NCBI GenBank assembly: GCA_964016885.1
Contig: OZ024741.1
Span: 166,532,001 to 166,596,000, forward strand
Direction of reading: 5' to 3'
DNA length: 64,000 bases
Source: Eledone cirrhosa
Taxonomy: Eukaryota
Part shown: one piece after another, positions 17,644 to 34,510 of the stretch
Layout: each line of letters begins with the position of its first letter
Numbering within the stretch: position 1 is the first letter of the stretch
Notes under the pieces: generated by a model
What the model was told of the DNA's origin: nothing
What the model saw: only the letters and a program-made list of their open reading frames with translations
Databases searched by the model: none
Position numbers and translations under genes: made by a program

Positions 17644-19464
17644 CTGTTTTTTTTGGAGGGTGGGGTGTCGGGTTCATACACACATCATATCGGCAAATAC
17701 GATATATTGTTAATAATTCAGCGTTAAAAAGCGTGAAAAAAATGTATATTGCCACGAAAAAAAGCCGTAAAAAAATCTCGGAAGATATTTACGATTCCGC
17801 GAATATGCAGTGGTTTCCACTAACAATTACTAGTTAGGGTCTAAAGAAAATTCCGCAAGCAAATAACCGGGACCACGAATGCCGGAGGGTACACTGTAAC
17901 AGAGACCAAAAATCCTGTTATATTTTCTCAGAAAATATTGTCTTTACCCCCACGTGACCTGGCTCCAATTAATGTAAGAATTTGAGGACTCTAGCAAATA
18001 TTTGGCTGTAGCAGTAAAACGTCGATTGGAGAAAATAATTTTTGGTATTTAATCACCATCCATTACGCTCTGAGTTCAAATCTCATCACATTCCATAAAA
18101 CGGAATCAATAAAATTAAGTACTAATAAATTAGGTTTAAACAAATTAAAACACAATCAATTAGGTTTAAATTAATCAAAATACAATCCATCTCTTTTTTT
18201 TTCTCTTGTGATTATATTTGTAAATTTTATTAAAACAAGACTTTTTATTGTTATTGTTGTTGTCTTTGATTTTTGTTGTTGTTGTTGTTTTTATTGTTGT
18301 TGTTGTTATTGTTTTCTTTTTCTTTCTTCAAAAAAATTCTGCGCAAGAATTTACGATGAGAACTAATCAACTAAAATAGCGAAATGCAATAAAAAGAAAA
18401 ACATGAGAAATTCAAACCACACACACACATATACGCGCGCGCACACACACATGTATACATGCATACGGATACAATCATACATACATACATTTATGGAATG
18501 GACTTCCATCACTTTCTACGATGAGTGTTCCAGTTCTTCAATCAACAGAACAGCCTGCTCATGAAATTAATGTGTCAGTGGCTAAGCATTCCCAGGGAGA
18601 TTCTGCATGACACAGTTTATGAGAAGGCTGCCATTTTGAACTACAGCTGCAGTTCACCCCAAAAGGCTTCCAAACAGTTGCTTTGTTGGCTCGAAATGAC
18701 ACTAGCCCAAGATGCCTCCTCAACTCTCCCTCCGCATGAGGAGCAGTAGCACCCACTTTGAGAACCTTACATACTCAGCAATGAAAATAACATCTTGAGA
18801 GTAAGTGAAGAACTCTTGAACAAATACTAGGAATGTACAAGTGTTTCAGCCTGTCACATTGGGTGACACTGCCTTCTTATTATCAATGATCAAACCTCAG
18901 ATTAAAAAAAAAAAGAGTAGAGTGGTATGCTCTTTCCAAAACTTCGCCAGAATAAGTTGGAGCTCATAAACGACAAGAAAAACCATAACAAAGATAATGA
19001 CCTCCACCAGCACCTAGCACAACAACAACAACAACATTGCCAGTAGGCATCTCAACACTAACAACTCTGTCATCACTAAAAGACATACAAATTAGTGGAA
19101 GATTTCACATAAAAACAAAGCCATTAACACAGACACACTGACACACACTAACACATGCACAAACAGACATGGACACACACAGACACACACTGACACATAC
19201 ACACATACAGACACGTGGTATGCTCTTTCCAAAACTTCGCCAGAATACATACATAAAACCACTTATAACATGAAGGCGAGTACAAACAATTGCATACTCA
19301 CACACCCTTCGCTCATTTATTTACAAAAGTCGTGTCAATTTGTTTGTCACCAGCTTGAATTCTGCAAAGACTAACTTAAATAAAGCTAATAAAATCATAC
19401 AAACATACATCTGTTTATACAGACATAGATATAGTATCTACATATATATATATATATATATCTA

Positions 19465-19748
19465 AGAAGACTAAAGTCTATCTTAAGCCAGAAGGTTCAT
19501 TTGGCCGGTACTTATCCCGGTTTCATGGCGTGAAGCAACTGAGAGTACAAGACTCCCCCCTGGACAGGACGCCAGTCCATCGCAGGGTTAAACCTCCAGC
19601 TATTGCTGGTACTCATTTCCAGCTGAGTATACTGGAGCAACGTGAAATGAAGTGTTTTGCTCAAGAACACAACACGCAACCCAGGAATCGAGCCCTCGAC
19701 ATTATGATCGTAAGTCCAACACTCTTACCACTAGGCCACGTGCCTCCA
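19465..19748 (-). mobile_element. tRNA-derived SINE (second family)
   Basis: Minus strand head GGAGGCACGTGGCCTAGTGGTAAGAGTG...GGCTCGATTCC, then GTGTTCTTGAGCAAAACACTT and CTGCGATGGACTGGCGTCCTGTCCAGGGG. Confidence 0.75.
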
Positions 19749-19764
19749 CTACACACACACTAAC

Positions 19765-19822
<58 letters not shown>

Positions 19823-20825
19823 ATAAGCCTAAACTAACAGAATGTGGCCGAGTTCAAATCCCGCCGAGGTTAACTTTGCCTTTCATCCTTACGGGGTTGA
19901 TAAAATAAAGTACCAGTCACGTACTGGAGTCGATTTAATCGGTCTTGTACCTATATACGAAACCAATATATATATATGAAATGATTCAGGACCACGACTG
20001 AGCTCCGGCCGTTTCGACAGCTAGATCCCGCCGAAGTCAACTTTGCCTTTCATCCTTTTGTCGTCGATAAAAAAAGTATAGATAAAAAACGTTTAGTACT
20101 GAGGTCGATATTTCCTCTATATCTCTTTCTCATTTCCTCTCTCTCACTTTCTATCTTTCTCTGGAAGAAATCTGCTGTAATCAGGCTTAAAAATGACCAA
20201 GCTTAAAAATGACCAAGAAACGTCGTATGTCAATACGACGCCCCTACGACTATCAGGAGTTACGGAACAATAAATACATGCATTTTATATATATGTGTAT
20301 GTGTATGTGTGAGTGTGTATGTGTGTGTGTGTGAGAGAGAGAGAGTGTGTGTGTGTATGTGAGAGAGAGAGAGAGAGGTGGGGGGGGGTCTAAAATCCCG
20401 ACTGTAGCACCAAGCAATTTCGGCTTGTGTGTTCAGCATGCCTCTTTATATAAGGGTGTAGTAATATTTGCAGGGTGTCAAACTATAGGTCACTAGTCTT
20501 GGTGATGCTGTGGTCATATATATATATATATATATCAATTTCTACGGGCTATTAGAAATACTAGGTAAATCTTCTGTGGCTGTTGATCGCGGATAAAATA
20601 GCTATCATTTATTTATCTATTGTTTCTTCATAGGTACATTTTAAACTTATAGCCTCGTTTAATTGATTTTTTATGTGTGGTTAATTATGCTGATTGGGAG
20701 GAGAAATACTGTATATATTTTATCAAATGATTCTATGGACTTACTTTCTTATATATTGCTCTGATTGTTGATTATTTAATTAATTAATTCGTCATTGAGC
20801 CACACCGTGAATGGTTGCCAAAAAC

Positions 20826-20859
<34 letters not shown>

Positions 20860-21470
20860 GGCTCTGTCTAGTTTATGTATATGTAAATCTATATATTTTA
20901 TATACTCCCGTATGGTTGAGTAAAAATGTAGGCAGTATTTGGCTGCGCTTTCTAGCAACCAGCCTACTCGCCGCCGTCAGGCACCAATCACAAGCTTTCT
21001 GACTTGACCACTGGCCATGTGACAATTCTTAGCCATTTTGAATTCGTTTCTGGCGGGGATCATTTAAGAAAAATCCTTGTCCAATTGAGTTTGTTTCCTG
21101 AAAATTTCGAAACGCGTGAATTTATCCATGATCGGATATTTCCAAAAAGCGAATGAAACCTTCGGGGGTAGAAACATAATTTTGGTATGTTTATGTACAT
21201 TTTTTCTTCTAACTTTGATTTTGTACCTAATTATGTATGGTTGGCTATATGTCTGATCAATTTCTACGGGCTATTAGAAATACTGGGTAAATCTTCTGTG
21301 GCTGTTGATCGCGGATAAAATAGCTATCATTTATTTATCTATTGTTTCTTCATAGGTACATTTTAAACTTATAGCCTCGTTTAATTGATTTTTTGTGTGG
21401 TTAATTATACTGATTGGGAGGAGAAATACTGTATATATTTTATCAAATGATTCTATGGACTTACTTTGAG

Positions 21471-21519
21471 GGACCGTCCTGACGAAGGCCAGTTAAGCCT
21501 GAAATGCATAGACAGTTCC
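21471..21519 (+). ncRNA. Minimal type-I hammerhead ribozyme (canonical core)
   Basis: GGACCGTC-CTGACGA-AGGC(CAGTTAA)GCCT-GAAA-TGCA-TA/GACAGTTCC. Palindromic stem III ATGCAT; predicted cut after 21510. Confidence 0.85.
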
Positions 21520-21857
21520 CCCCCTTGCTTCTGCTGGACATCACCAGAGGGCTTTAGCCCCCCTGTGTTTGTATAGCTACGGCTTCCTAAAACCGTATTT
21601 CTTTGGAGATACGAAATATTTATACATATTGTATAAAGCTATGCTTGAAGCGAAATCCTATTTCTTTCATATATATATATATATATATGTAGGAGGTGAG
21701 TTTTATTGTAGTACAATAAAGCAATGCAGATATCGGATAAGAAGCACTCTACAGTTTGTAGGACTGGAGTATATATAATATAAGATCAAATATGATATGT
21801 TGATTTAAAACTGCACTATCCACAAGTGTTTTTTAGCCTTCATATCATGTTCTCCTG

Positions 21858-21924
21858 TTTTATCTGATGAAAACACAAATATTATTGCATGATGATGTTT
21901 GTTTTTGAAATGCGCATAATAAAA
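21858..21924 (+). ncRNA. Minimal type-I hammerhead ribozyme with long stem II
   Basis: TTTTAT-CTGATGA-[AAAC ACAAATATTATT(GCAT)GATGATGTTTGT TTTT]-GAAA-TGCGCA-TA/ATAAAA. Palindromic stem III ATGCGCAT. Confidence 0.82.
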
Positions 21925-22686
21925 TACATGGAACTCCTTTAACCATCTTTTGATCTTATATTATATATATATATTATATATATATATATAATTGTTTCTA
22001 CTTTTTGGCACAAGGCCAGCAATCACCCAGCGCATTACTGGTACTTTATTTTATCGACCCCGTAAGGATGAAAGGCAAAGTTAATATATATAATATATAT
22101 GACCACAGCATCACCAAGACTAGTGACCTATAGTTTCACACCCTTCAAATATTACTTGAAATACCCTTGAAAGAGGCTTGCTGAACACACAAGCCGAAAC
22201 TGCTTGGTGCTACAGTAGGGATCCCCCCCCTCTCTCTCTCTCACATACACACACACTCTCTCTCTCACTCTCTCTCTCTCTCTCACACACACTCTCTCTC
22301 ACTCTCTCTCTCTCTCACTCTCTCTCTCTCACTCTCTCTATCTCTCTCCCTCTCCCTCTCTCTCACACACACACAGACACACACACACTCACACACATAC
22401 ACACACATATATATAAAAGGGGCGAAGGGTGCGTGCATGCGTTATAGAATCTTGAGTTGATCAATTGCGTCGGTTGAAGCAAGCAGAATTTTGGCTGCTT
22501 GCTAAACCGTAGACACATAAAAAGATAACACACACACTCACACTAGATAACACTACATGCGGCTTTGACCGGGAGGGTCATTTAGAAGGAATGGGGGGGG
22601 GGGGGGGGGGGGGTAAGGCTGCACATCCGCACTTTCCGCCATGGCGATTGGAATGCATGCCCTGCTTTCCAGATTACCCTTCGCCA

Positions 22687-22782
<96 letters not shown>

Positions 22783-22785
<3 letters not shown>

Positions 22786-23020
22786 TAATAAAAGGAATTC
22801 CAACTTTGTCTGATTTACTCGTTTTATTTACAATCCTTTAAAATTTATAATGGTATTAGAATGAAATAGTATGGTAGAATATTAAATGTTAAGTGTTAAT
22901 TGAACAAGTACTTTCATGCTTTCGCAATCTTCATGTTCATAATATGTGGTGACAGTCAAGTTTGCAATTTTCAACTTGAAAATTGCAAACTTGACTGAGT
23001 TGGAATTCCTTTTATTAATA
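22783..23020. mobile_element. Fold-back pLTR mini element with HHR-like motif
   Basis: Outer inverted arms 22783-22806/22998-23020 and inner perfect hairpin 22953-22997. Minus strand 22901-22939 reads TGAAC-ATGAAGA-TTGC(GAAA)GCAT-GAAA-GTAC-TT/GTTCA (C3>A). Confidence 0.65.
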
Positions 23021-23224
23021 TAATCTTCTATACACAATCATACACACCCGTGTATATTTATCTATCTATCTATATATATATATATACATATATATACACA
23101 TATATATATATATATATTCAAATTTATTATTATTACTATACATAAATATATATATATATATATATATTTATGTATAGTAATAATAATAAATTTTAAGACT
23201 AAAATCCAAAGAGGGCTCGATATT

Positions 23225-23398
<174 letters not shown>

Positions 23399-24693
23399 GA
23401 TAGATTATCTTACCTCTGTTGAGCACGTGTTTCGTACCAGTGAAGAAGATTATTCTACAGAAACATCCTTATAGACAACATTATTCCAAGAGTTTGGTTT
23501 AATTAATCCGATTCTCAGGGAGAGTCACCCAACAGCAATGTTGATGTTTGGTGGGATTATATTTTATTGATTAAGAATTAGTTCTAATGTTGAGAGAAAT
23601 CGCTACCAATTTCTGTTATTTCCACTTAATTTATAGGAATTACTTCTGCTTGTCTGATTTCATCAATTATTTACCTATTTATTTCGTTGATACATTTTTC
23701 CATACTTCCAATCATGTTTACAGTGAAAATATTTTGCTCTTATTTTTGCTTTTGTAGTGTTGTTTTCTTTAAAATTCAATATATTAATATTTGTGTTTGA
23801 TTCATTTGGGTTTGTTATTTCTCCTTTCCAAATAAATGTGTCTACAGTTGTTTGTTTCTTATCTTATCTTGTTTCATTTATTTATTTCCGTTTTACGATT
23901 TCAACGCATTCTATCATGACATTGTGGTAGGTAAATATTTCTCACTATTATAGTAAACATGAAGATGTGAGCAAGTACTTCAGTGTGGGTCTTAGTTAAG
24001 CTGCCTTGTAGAGAATCAGCCACTAATCAATCCACATTGTATGGCTCTGCAAACCAAAAAATATACCCTTAGATATGGGATGCAATTTGGTTATGTTAAT
24101 GGTAAACTGAGAGAGGTAAGAGAATATCAGATAAGATACTTTCTGTATTTATTCCAGCTCTCTGCACTCAGAGTTCAAATCAAACCATCTGGTATTTTAT
24201 TATTCTACTCCCAAAATTCAATGGACCTCCATTGGTTTCGAGGATCAGTTGTTCGATCAACAGAACAGTGTACTCATGAAATTAATGTGTAAGGGGCTGA
24301 ATATTCTACAGACACGTGTGCCCTTACGGTAATTCTCAGGGAAATTCTGCATGACACAGTATGCGACAAGGCTGACTTTTTCAATTACAAGAACAGTCCA
24401 AGCAATGGGCCTCCACACAGCTTTCGTCTACCCAATTTCCGTCACAAGGTATGGTTCGGTCTGAAACTATGATGAACAACACTTGCCAAAGATGCCACAC
24501 AATGGAATCAAACCCGTGATTTAATGATTGCAAAGTGAACCTGTTAAAGACCTGCCAACCTCTAAAACCCCAAACGGGGAGTACCTTGCAAAAAGGAGAC
24601 CCAAGAAATGAGAAATCCTAATGTGTTGAATATAATTACGCACGGAGCAAATTACTCATTAAAGTATTACCAAATACAATTTCACACCAAATA

Positions 24694-24738
24694 TTGATTT
24701 ACAACTGTTTCGTCCTAATTAGGACTTATCAAAATCAA
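24694..24738 (-). ncRNA. Minimal hammerhead ribozyme, U3-A8 core variant
   Basis: TTGATT-TTGATAA-GTCCT(AATT)AGGAC-GAAAC-AGTT-GTA/AATCAA. Perfect 6-bp stem I; GUA cleavage triplet. Confidence 0.75.
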
Positions 24739-24820
24739 TCTTAATGGCTGCTTAAATAATGTAAACAAAGTTTTAACCATGATTTTTTAGCATATTCGAG
24801 GAGATGAATGCATATATATA

Positions 24821-24975
24821 CCGTATTTCCCGGCGACGAAGACGCTTCGTCCTCGAGGATGTACCCCAGTTTTGACAACCAAAAATTTGAAAAAAAATAA
24901 TAACCTTTAACGCATGGTAGATTTTTTAGACTTATTTTAGGAAAAAAGTAGCGTCATCGACGTCGGGAATTACGG
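24821..24975. mobile_element. Tc1/mariner-pogo superfamily MITE
   Basis: TIRs CCGTATTTCCCGGCGACGAAGACGC / GCGTCATCGACGTCGGGAATTACGG, flanked by TA on both sides. Confidence 0.75.
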
Positions 24976-24992
24976 TACACACACACACACAT

Positions 24993-25070
<78 letters not shown>

Positions 25071-25335
25071 ATATATATATAATTATTATTATACATATAC
25101 ATATATATATATATATATAATTATTATTATTATATATACAGACACAAATTTTTACGGCGAAAGAAACTATATCTGTAGTTTGTCCAGGAGTTCAATAGTT
25201 ATTGAAACGGTTAGTACATTTTAATTCGACTTTTTCCGGTTATTATGTATTTTCCGTTTGTTCATAGATTATATACATCGTACGAAAGTGGTTTTTCAGC
25301 CCTTGTAATTCTAAACACATCTTTCTGTGTTTATT

Positions 25336-25421
<86 letters not shown>

Positions 25422-25545
25422 ATGTACCAAGGTAACACACGAGTTGATATATATAAAAAAACAAATAGTAGAAGGGAAAAAGATTTTTTCTGTAGAAAAA
25501 GTTGAAGGGATATTTTTGGTGAAATTTCAAAGCATTAATTTATTT

Positions 25546-25583
25546 ACAATACCGGTTTCAGCATTAAATGCATTGTCAATTGC
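25546..25583 (-). ncRNA. Minimal hammerhead ribozyme, U3-A8 core variant
   Basis: GCAA-TTGACAA-TGCAT(TTA)ATGCT-GAAAC-CG-GTA/TTGT. Palindromic stem III ACCGGT. Confidence 0.65.
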
Positions 25584-25677
25584 GGATATGCAAAATATTG
25601 TTAAGTTGCATATTTGTACAAATAGTGAAAAATAGTGATAATAACAAAAAAAAAAGAAAATATATATATATACACAA

Positions 25678-25822
25678 GATGGGCTTCTGCAGTTTCTCTT
25701 TACCAAATTCTACTTGCAAAGTATGGGTTAACCCGAGAAGACATTTGCTTAAGGTGCCAAACAGTGGGGTTAAACCCACAATCGGCTGGTTGTGAAACAC
25801 ATTCCTTAACCACCTCGCCATG
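25678..25822 (-). mobile_element. Degenerate tRNA-headed SINE 5' part
   Basis: Minus strand ATGGCGAGGTGGTTAAGG...GGGTTTAACCCCACTG..GGCACCTTAAGCAAATGTCTTCT. A similar decayed copy lies at ~24400-24545. Confidence 0.55.
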
Positions 25823-26160
25823 AGTTGTATTTATTTAATTTATATATATAAAATAGAATGAGATGTGAATTATGTTTAAATATTATATATATTGAATATA
25901 GATCTCCTAATCACAAAGTCTCCTCTACAGAGCAACAGATTAGAGAATATTTCTGAACAAAGGAATTCATATTGACACACGAAGTTTATCTTCTGTATTG
26001 TTTAAATAAATATAGATTACATTGAGGTGTATAATCTCCCTTCGTGCTACAAACGATTTCATGATAAGACATTTTAGTTCAACTATCCTGCTGTCTAGTT
26101 GACCATATCACTCGTAATATATATACATATATATATATATATATGTCTGTACATACATGC

Positions 26161-26737
26161 ATACATACATAAATGCATGCATGGTGGCTGCCAACTCGTT
26201 TTCGAGTACGGCCACTACTTTATATCCATGTAGGAGAACCCCTACCGATGCGCTGAACGAGTGTGACTTTTTAGTCCAGCCAGCGACTTGAAAACTCTGG
26301 TACAAACACTACACTTGTGACAATTATTGACACATAGTGCTGGGCCCATGGTACAATGTGACGACAAGTGTAGAGAGATCTCCAGATATAAAGCAATGCC
26401 TGTGCCGTGAAGCTTTTATAGTGAGCAAAGGCACTGCACAAAGCCAGTCCCACTCTCTTAACCAAGATGATATTTACCAAAAAGAAGAACAAGTCAACAT
26501 CATTGGATACCAGCAGGATTGCAGGTGTTATATCAGAGTTTTCCTTCTCCTAGAATTCTGCCTTGACAAAGGCTAAGGGGTCATCTCTCCCGGTGATTTT
26601 GGATGGCCATTGACTCTTAAGAGCTCCTTTGCCTTTTGACAGGTTTTGTTTTTAGTCCTGCAGGATGTCCAAAATCACCCTCCTCACCAAGAAACCTTGG
26701 TGGGGTTGCCAGTTTAGTCGCCAACGACCCGACCATG
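26161..26737 (-). mobile_element. Non-autonomous RTE derivative, copy 2 (slightly 5'-truncated)
   Basis: Colinear with 1681-2230. Confidence 0.65.
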
Positions 26738-26845
26738 AGACATGCATGCATACATACACACATACACACATATATACATACATACATACATACATACATA
26801 CATACATACACACATACACACATTCATACATACATAGTTATAATA

Positions 26846-27533
26846 ATTGTTTCTACTTTTGGCACAAGGCCAGCAATTACCCCAGTGCATTACTGATGTT
26901 TTATTTTATCGACCCCGTAAGCAAAGTTAACCTCGGCGGGATTTGAACTCAGAACGTAAAGGGTCATAACTCTATGCTGAAAACCATAACGTCCGACCCT
27001 CTACCAATACTGCCAATCCACATAATAATTGTTTCTACTTTTGGCACAAGGCCAGCAATTATCCCAGTGTATTACTGTTACTTTATTTTATCGACCCCGT
27101 AAGGGTGAAAGGCAACGTTAACCTCGGCGGGATTTGAACTCTGAACGTAAAGGGCCGTAACTCTATGCTACAAAGCATGGCGTCCGACCCTCTACCGATT
27201 CTGCCATACCAAAATAATTGTTTCTACTTTTGGACACAAGACCAGCAATTACCCAGTACATTACTGGTACTTTATTTTATCGACCCCGTACCTCTACCGA
27301 TACTGCCATACCAAAATAATGGTTCCTGATTTAGACACAAGACCAACAATTTTAGAGGTGGGGGGGGGGGTCAATTAAATTGACCTCAGCGCGTTACTGG
27401 TACTTTATTTTATCGACCCCGTAAGGATGAAAGGCAAAGTTAACCTCAGCGGAATTTGAACTCAGAACGTAAAGGGACGTAACTCTATGCTGCAAAGCAT
27501 AGCGTCCAACACTCTACCGATACTGCCAATCCA
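26846..27533 (-). mobile_element. Head-to-tail cluster of 3-4 Meta-domain-like SINE copies
   Basis: Repeated AATTGTTTCTACTTTTGGCACAAGGCC...TATCGACCCCGTAAGG...GATACTGCCAATCC at ~26846, 27027, 27216 (deleted) and 27317. An opposite-strand copy lies at ~27920-28135. Confidence 0.8.
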
Positions 27534-28684
27534 CAATGACTTATAATTGTAGGTACAAGCCCAACAAATGGAGGGGAGAAAGTCAAATATACTGATTCCT
27601 CTACAGGATAGTACTTTTATTTTATTATCTCCAGCAAAGTTGACCATGACAGGATTTATACTTAGAGCATAAAGAGCACTTGAATGGAGTGAGACGTGCA
27701 TACCTTTCAAAACACCATTAATAACAAAAGTGAGGAAATTAGATTCATGAAGAAACTGAAACCATGTTGCTGCCATGGTTTCACAGTGAATTCATTGTTT
27801 CTCTATATTACTGACAACAAATAAACCTTTCATTGCCATATTTCTTATGAAAGACACTGCATATAATTTCCAAATATTTTGAAAATAATCAGGAACTTAA
27901 ATGTCATTATTACTATAAAGGCCAGTGGATTGGCAGTATTGGTAGAGCATTGGACATGGTTTACAGCATAGTGTTGCAGCCCTTTATGATCTGAGTTCAA
28001 AACCTACCAAGGTTAATTTTGCCTTTCGTCCTTAAGGGGTCAATAAAATAAAGTACCAGTCACACACTGGGGTCAATTTAATTGACTTTCCTCTCCCCAA
28101 AAATTGCTGGCCTTGATCCTAAAGTAGAAACAATTATTACTATAACTAATTTGTCGTTGTTAACCCTTTAGCATTATATATAGAGCATTTATATTACTCT
28201 ATATTTACTATTATATTTTCATGGCTTACCTCATATAATTATCCTACATAATATCGAATCTATGAGCTTTTGATATTATTTATGTTGAGAACAATAACTT
28301 AACATAAGTATGAGTGGCCAGTTACTGCCAGATTGAACAGAAAGAGGTGAGAGAATTCTGGCTGGTATGGCTGGTTTAAATGCTAAAGGGCTAACCCTAG
28401 TGTTTAGAGCACAGCTTAACAAGGGTTCTTATTTAAAATAATGATGGAAGGTTTTGAGATAAATACAAACATTTTAATAAATAGTTTTGTATCATAGAAC
28501 CAGCTTCAAGCAGTTTAATATCAAAAGAGTTAATATAAAAAATTGGTTTTAATAAAAGATATATGCAATAAAAAAGAGTATAATTGTATATAAAAATGTA
28601 TTTATTTCAATAATCCATGGTTTTATAAATATTACAATTGTACTGTCTATTCTATAGAACCTAAATATTTGGTTCATGTGTGTA

Positions 28685-28724
<40 letters not shown>

Positions 28725-28771
28725 AACACATATATACACACACATATATACACACACATATATATATACAC

Positions 28772-28848
<77 letters not shown>

Positions 28849-28972
28849 CACATATATATATACACATATCATCATCATCATCGTTTAACATCCATTTTCC
28901 ACGCTAGCATGGGTCTGGATATATATATATATATATATACACATATATATATACACATATATATATATATAT

Positions 28973-29011
<39 letters not shown>

Positions 29012-29024
29012 TATGTATATATAC

Positions 29025-29069
<45 letters not shown>

Positions 29070-29100
29070 CACACATATAGATACACACATATAGATACAC

Positions 29101-29134
<34 letters not shown>

Positions 29135-29141
29135 CACATAT

Positions 29142-29749
29142 ATGGTGGCTGCCAACTCGTTTTCGAGTATGGCCACTACTTTATATCCATGTAGGAGAAC
29201 TCCTACCGATGCGCTGAACGAATGTGACTTTAGTCCAGCCAGCGACTTGAAAACTCTGGTACAAACACTACACTTGTGACAATTATTGACCCATAGTGCT
29301 GGGCCCATGGTACCATGTGACGACAAGTGCAGAGAGATCTCCAGATATAAAGCAATGCCTCTGCCGTGAAGCTTTTATAGTGAGCAAAGGCACTGCACAA
29401 AGCCAGTCCCACTCTCTTAACCAAGATGATATTTACCAAAAAGAAGAACAAGTCAACATCATTGGATACCATCAGAGTTGCAGGTGTTATATCAGAGTTT
29501 TCCTTCTCCTAGAATTCTGCCTTGACAAAGGCTAAGGGGTCATCTCTCCCGGTGATTTTGGATGGCCATTGACTCTTAAGAGCTCCTTTGCCCTTTGACA
29601 GGTTTTGTTTTTAGTCCTGCAGGATGTCCAAAGTCACCCTCCTCACCAAGAAACCTTAGTGGGGTTGCCAGTTTAGTCGCCAACGACCCGACCATGGGAC
29701 AGGTTGTACTGGAATACATGTTACCAGTAGCACCAAGTGGTGACCTGAC
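29142..29749 (-). mobile_element. Non-autonomous RTE derivative, copy 3
   Basis: Colinear with 1681-2281; retains in-frame [22 protein letters not shown]. Confidence 0.65.
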
Positions 29750-32391
<2,642 letters not shown>

Positions 32392-32430
32392 TGAAATATA
32401 AGAATCAAAGAACTGTTCAAAACATTATTG

Positions 32431-32477
32431 TGCTTACAGCTGTTTCCTCCAAACCGAGGTTTGGATTCTTCGGAGCA
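32431..32477 (-). ncRNA. Minimal hammerhead ribozyme (U4>C core)
   Basis: TGCT-CCGAAGA-A-TCCAAACC(TC)GGTTTGGA-G-GAAAC-AGCT-GTA/AGCA. Palindromic stem III ACAGCTGT. Confidence 0.7.
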
Positions 32478-34002
32478 ATTTATTAATGCATGGACAGTTA
32501 TATGACCTCCTTTTCAGCCGAGAGACATACCGATACATATTCAAACATTGTGGGTTAACATTCATTACAGAATTTAGAGTGGCAGTACACACTTCCAGAT
32601 TACATTTATATTAAGAGGTACAATCAAAAATTAAAAATACAGGTTAAAATACAACATGAAGATAAGCGGTTATATAGTGGAAATGTTATATGTGTGGCAC
32701 GCATGTGCGTCTTGTTTATATAGTGTGGCAGAGAGATATGTGTGGTAGAGGCACTTAGGTAGGTAAACAAGGGTGTTAGGTTGGTAGATCTGGTGGCAAA
32801 TTCTTTATATGATTGATATAGTCTGTGTGTGGAGAAATATTATAAGCATTAAAAATAGTGCAAGCATTAAAAGTGTTAAAAGTATTGGAGATGCACAGCG
32901 CAGGGAAGTCAAGTATTTCATGTACTTCGGCATTTTCATGGTCCGGGGAGTGTATTTTTCGATTATATGCCCTTCACATAATCCACGACAATCCAGTTAG
33001 AGATCGTAGTCTGGTGTTCTTTAGTTCAATACAGGAGGCTGTTACGTTTCGAGAAACGCCATTGAATACCGCCCGGAAGTGTGTGTGTGGCTAAGGGGAG
33101 TTAATGCATGCGGGGAGGTAACTCTGGGGTTTCTATACCTAGCTAATAAAATGTGTCACAATGTAGACCCTAATTTCTATGGTGATGCGCATCCTCCAAG
33201 AGAAATTTTTAAAGCACAAAGTGTATTAACTATAGAGTAGTTTAATTAAGTTATGCTGAAGGTGATCATATTATTATGGTGGATTAACCCATCGTAAGGT
33301 GCCACAAATGGAAATTATAGATGATGAGCGAGGATTCTAAATTAATGATCTCTGTGGTTGTAGTCTACTCATAGGACCAGGCGCGGTGATTGCAGGATTG
33401 CTTCAGGACCCAATGATCTCTGGTAAGATCTGGGTCATCGCTTGCTACATTGGATGTCGAGAGATAATCATCCCCAGGCCGGCCAGAGGTCAATCCGCAG
33501 TCCTCGCGACCCCTCTCTGACCGTCAGAACATCCATATATGTACAACCCGCACGGCTGTTGCAATGCATTCACTCACTGCGTTCATATAACTGCTCTGTA
33601 AATCATCTGATGTTTTTACATTGAGCTACTTAACTTACTGGTAATAAGGTAGTAATACATTACTGCCTACCACTATTTAGGGTGTGTGTAAAATACTTAT
33701 AACTGCATAAGGTTTTGTATTTACATAACCATAAATAGTATAACTAATACTATATATATATATATGTATATAAATATATATATATATATATATATAAATA
33801 TATATATATATGTATATAAATATATATATATAAATATATAAATATATGTATATAAATATATATATATATATATATGTATATAAATATATATATATAAATA
33901 TATGTATATAAATATATATATATAAATATATGTATATAAATATATATATATATATATGTATATAAATATATATATATAAATATATGTATATAAATATATA
34001 TA

Positions 34003-34463
34003 TTATTTCTATGATGGACTCATGTAAATCGTAAAGTACAATACTTCTCTCCATTTCCACGCTCAATTCCGTAATAGTCCAAACAAACATCCAATCTCGC
34101 AAAATCCGAAATCTGTATTTTTTTTGTTATCTATTTAAGGTTTAAATACGGTGTTTTTGTCGTATTGAACAGAACAAATCTTGCAGTTTTGCTTTTTGTT
34201 AAATCGCTTGTTAAACATTCATAACCTTCTATCTTAATTCTATCGTTTTCGTCCAATTCCTTAATTCTATCGTATTCTCAAACAAAAAAACAAAATCCTC
34301 CCCATTCTACTTATAAATTACTTTAAATATATATAGTATGCTACTTGAAAGTCAAAAATCCGATCCACCCCTTCACCCTCCTTGCTTCTCCACGAGGGGG
34401 CTGCGGTCAGCCACAATATATCTCCCCCCCCCCCCTCTTTCTTCCCCTCTATCTCTTGCTTAG

Positions 34464-34510
<47 letters not shown>

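Noticed and set aside
19680-19748. tRNA-like sequences
   Set aside because: They are SINE heads with A/B boxes but no complete cloverleaf; no genuine tRNA or rRNA gene was seen.
32480-33750. Unique-looking sequence upstream of the 32431 hammerhead
   Set aside because: There is no ORF with recognisable motifs and no clear splice pair. It may be the body of a non-autonomous PLE, but I cannot support that.
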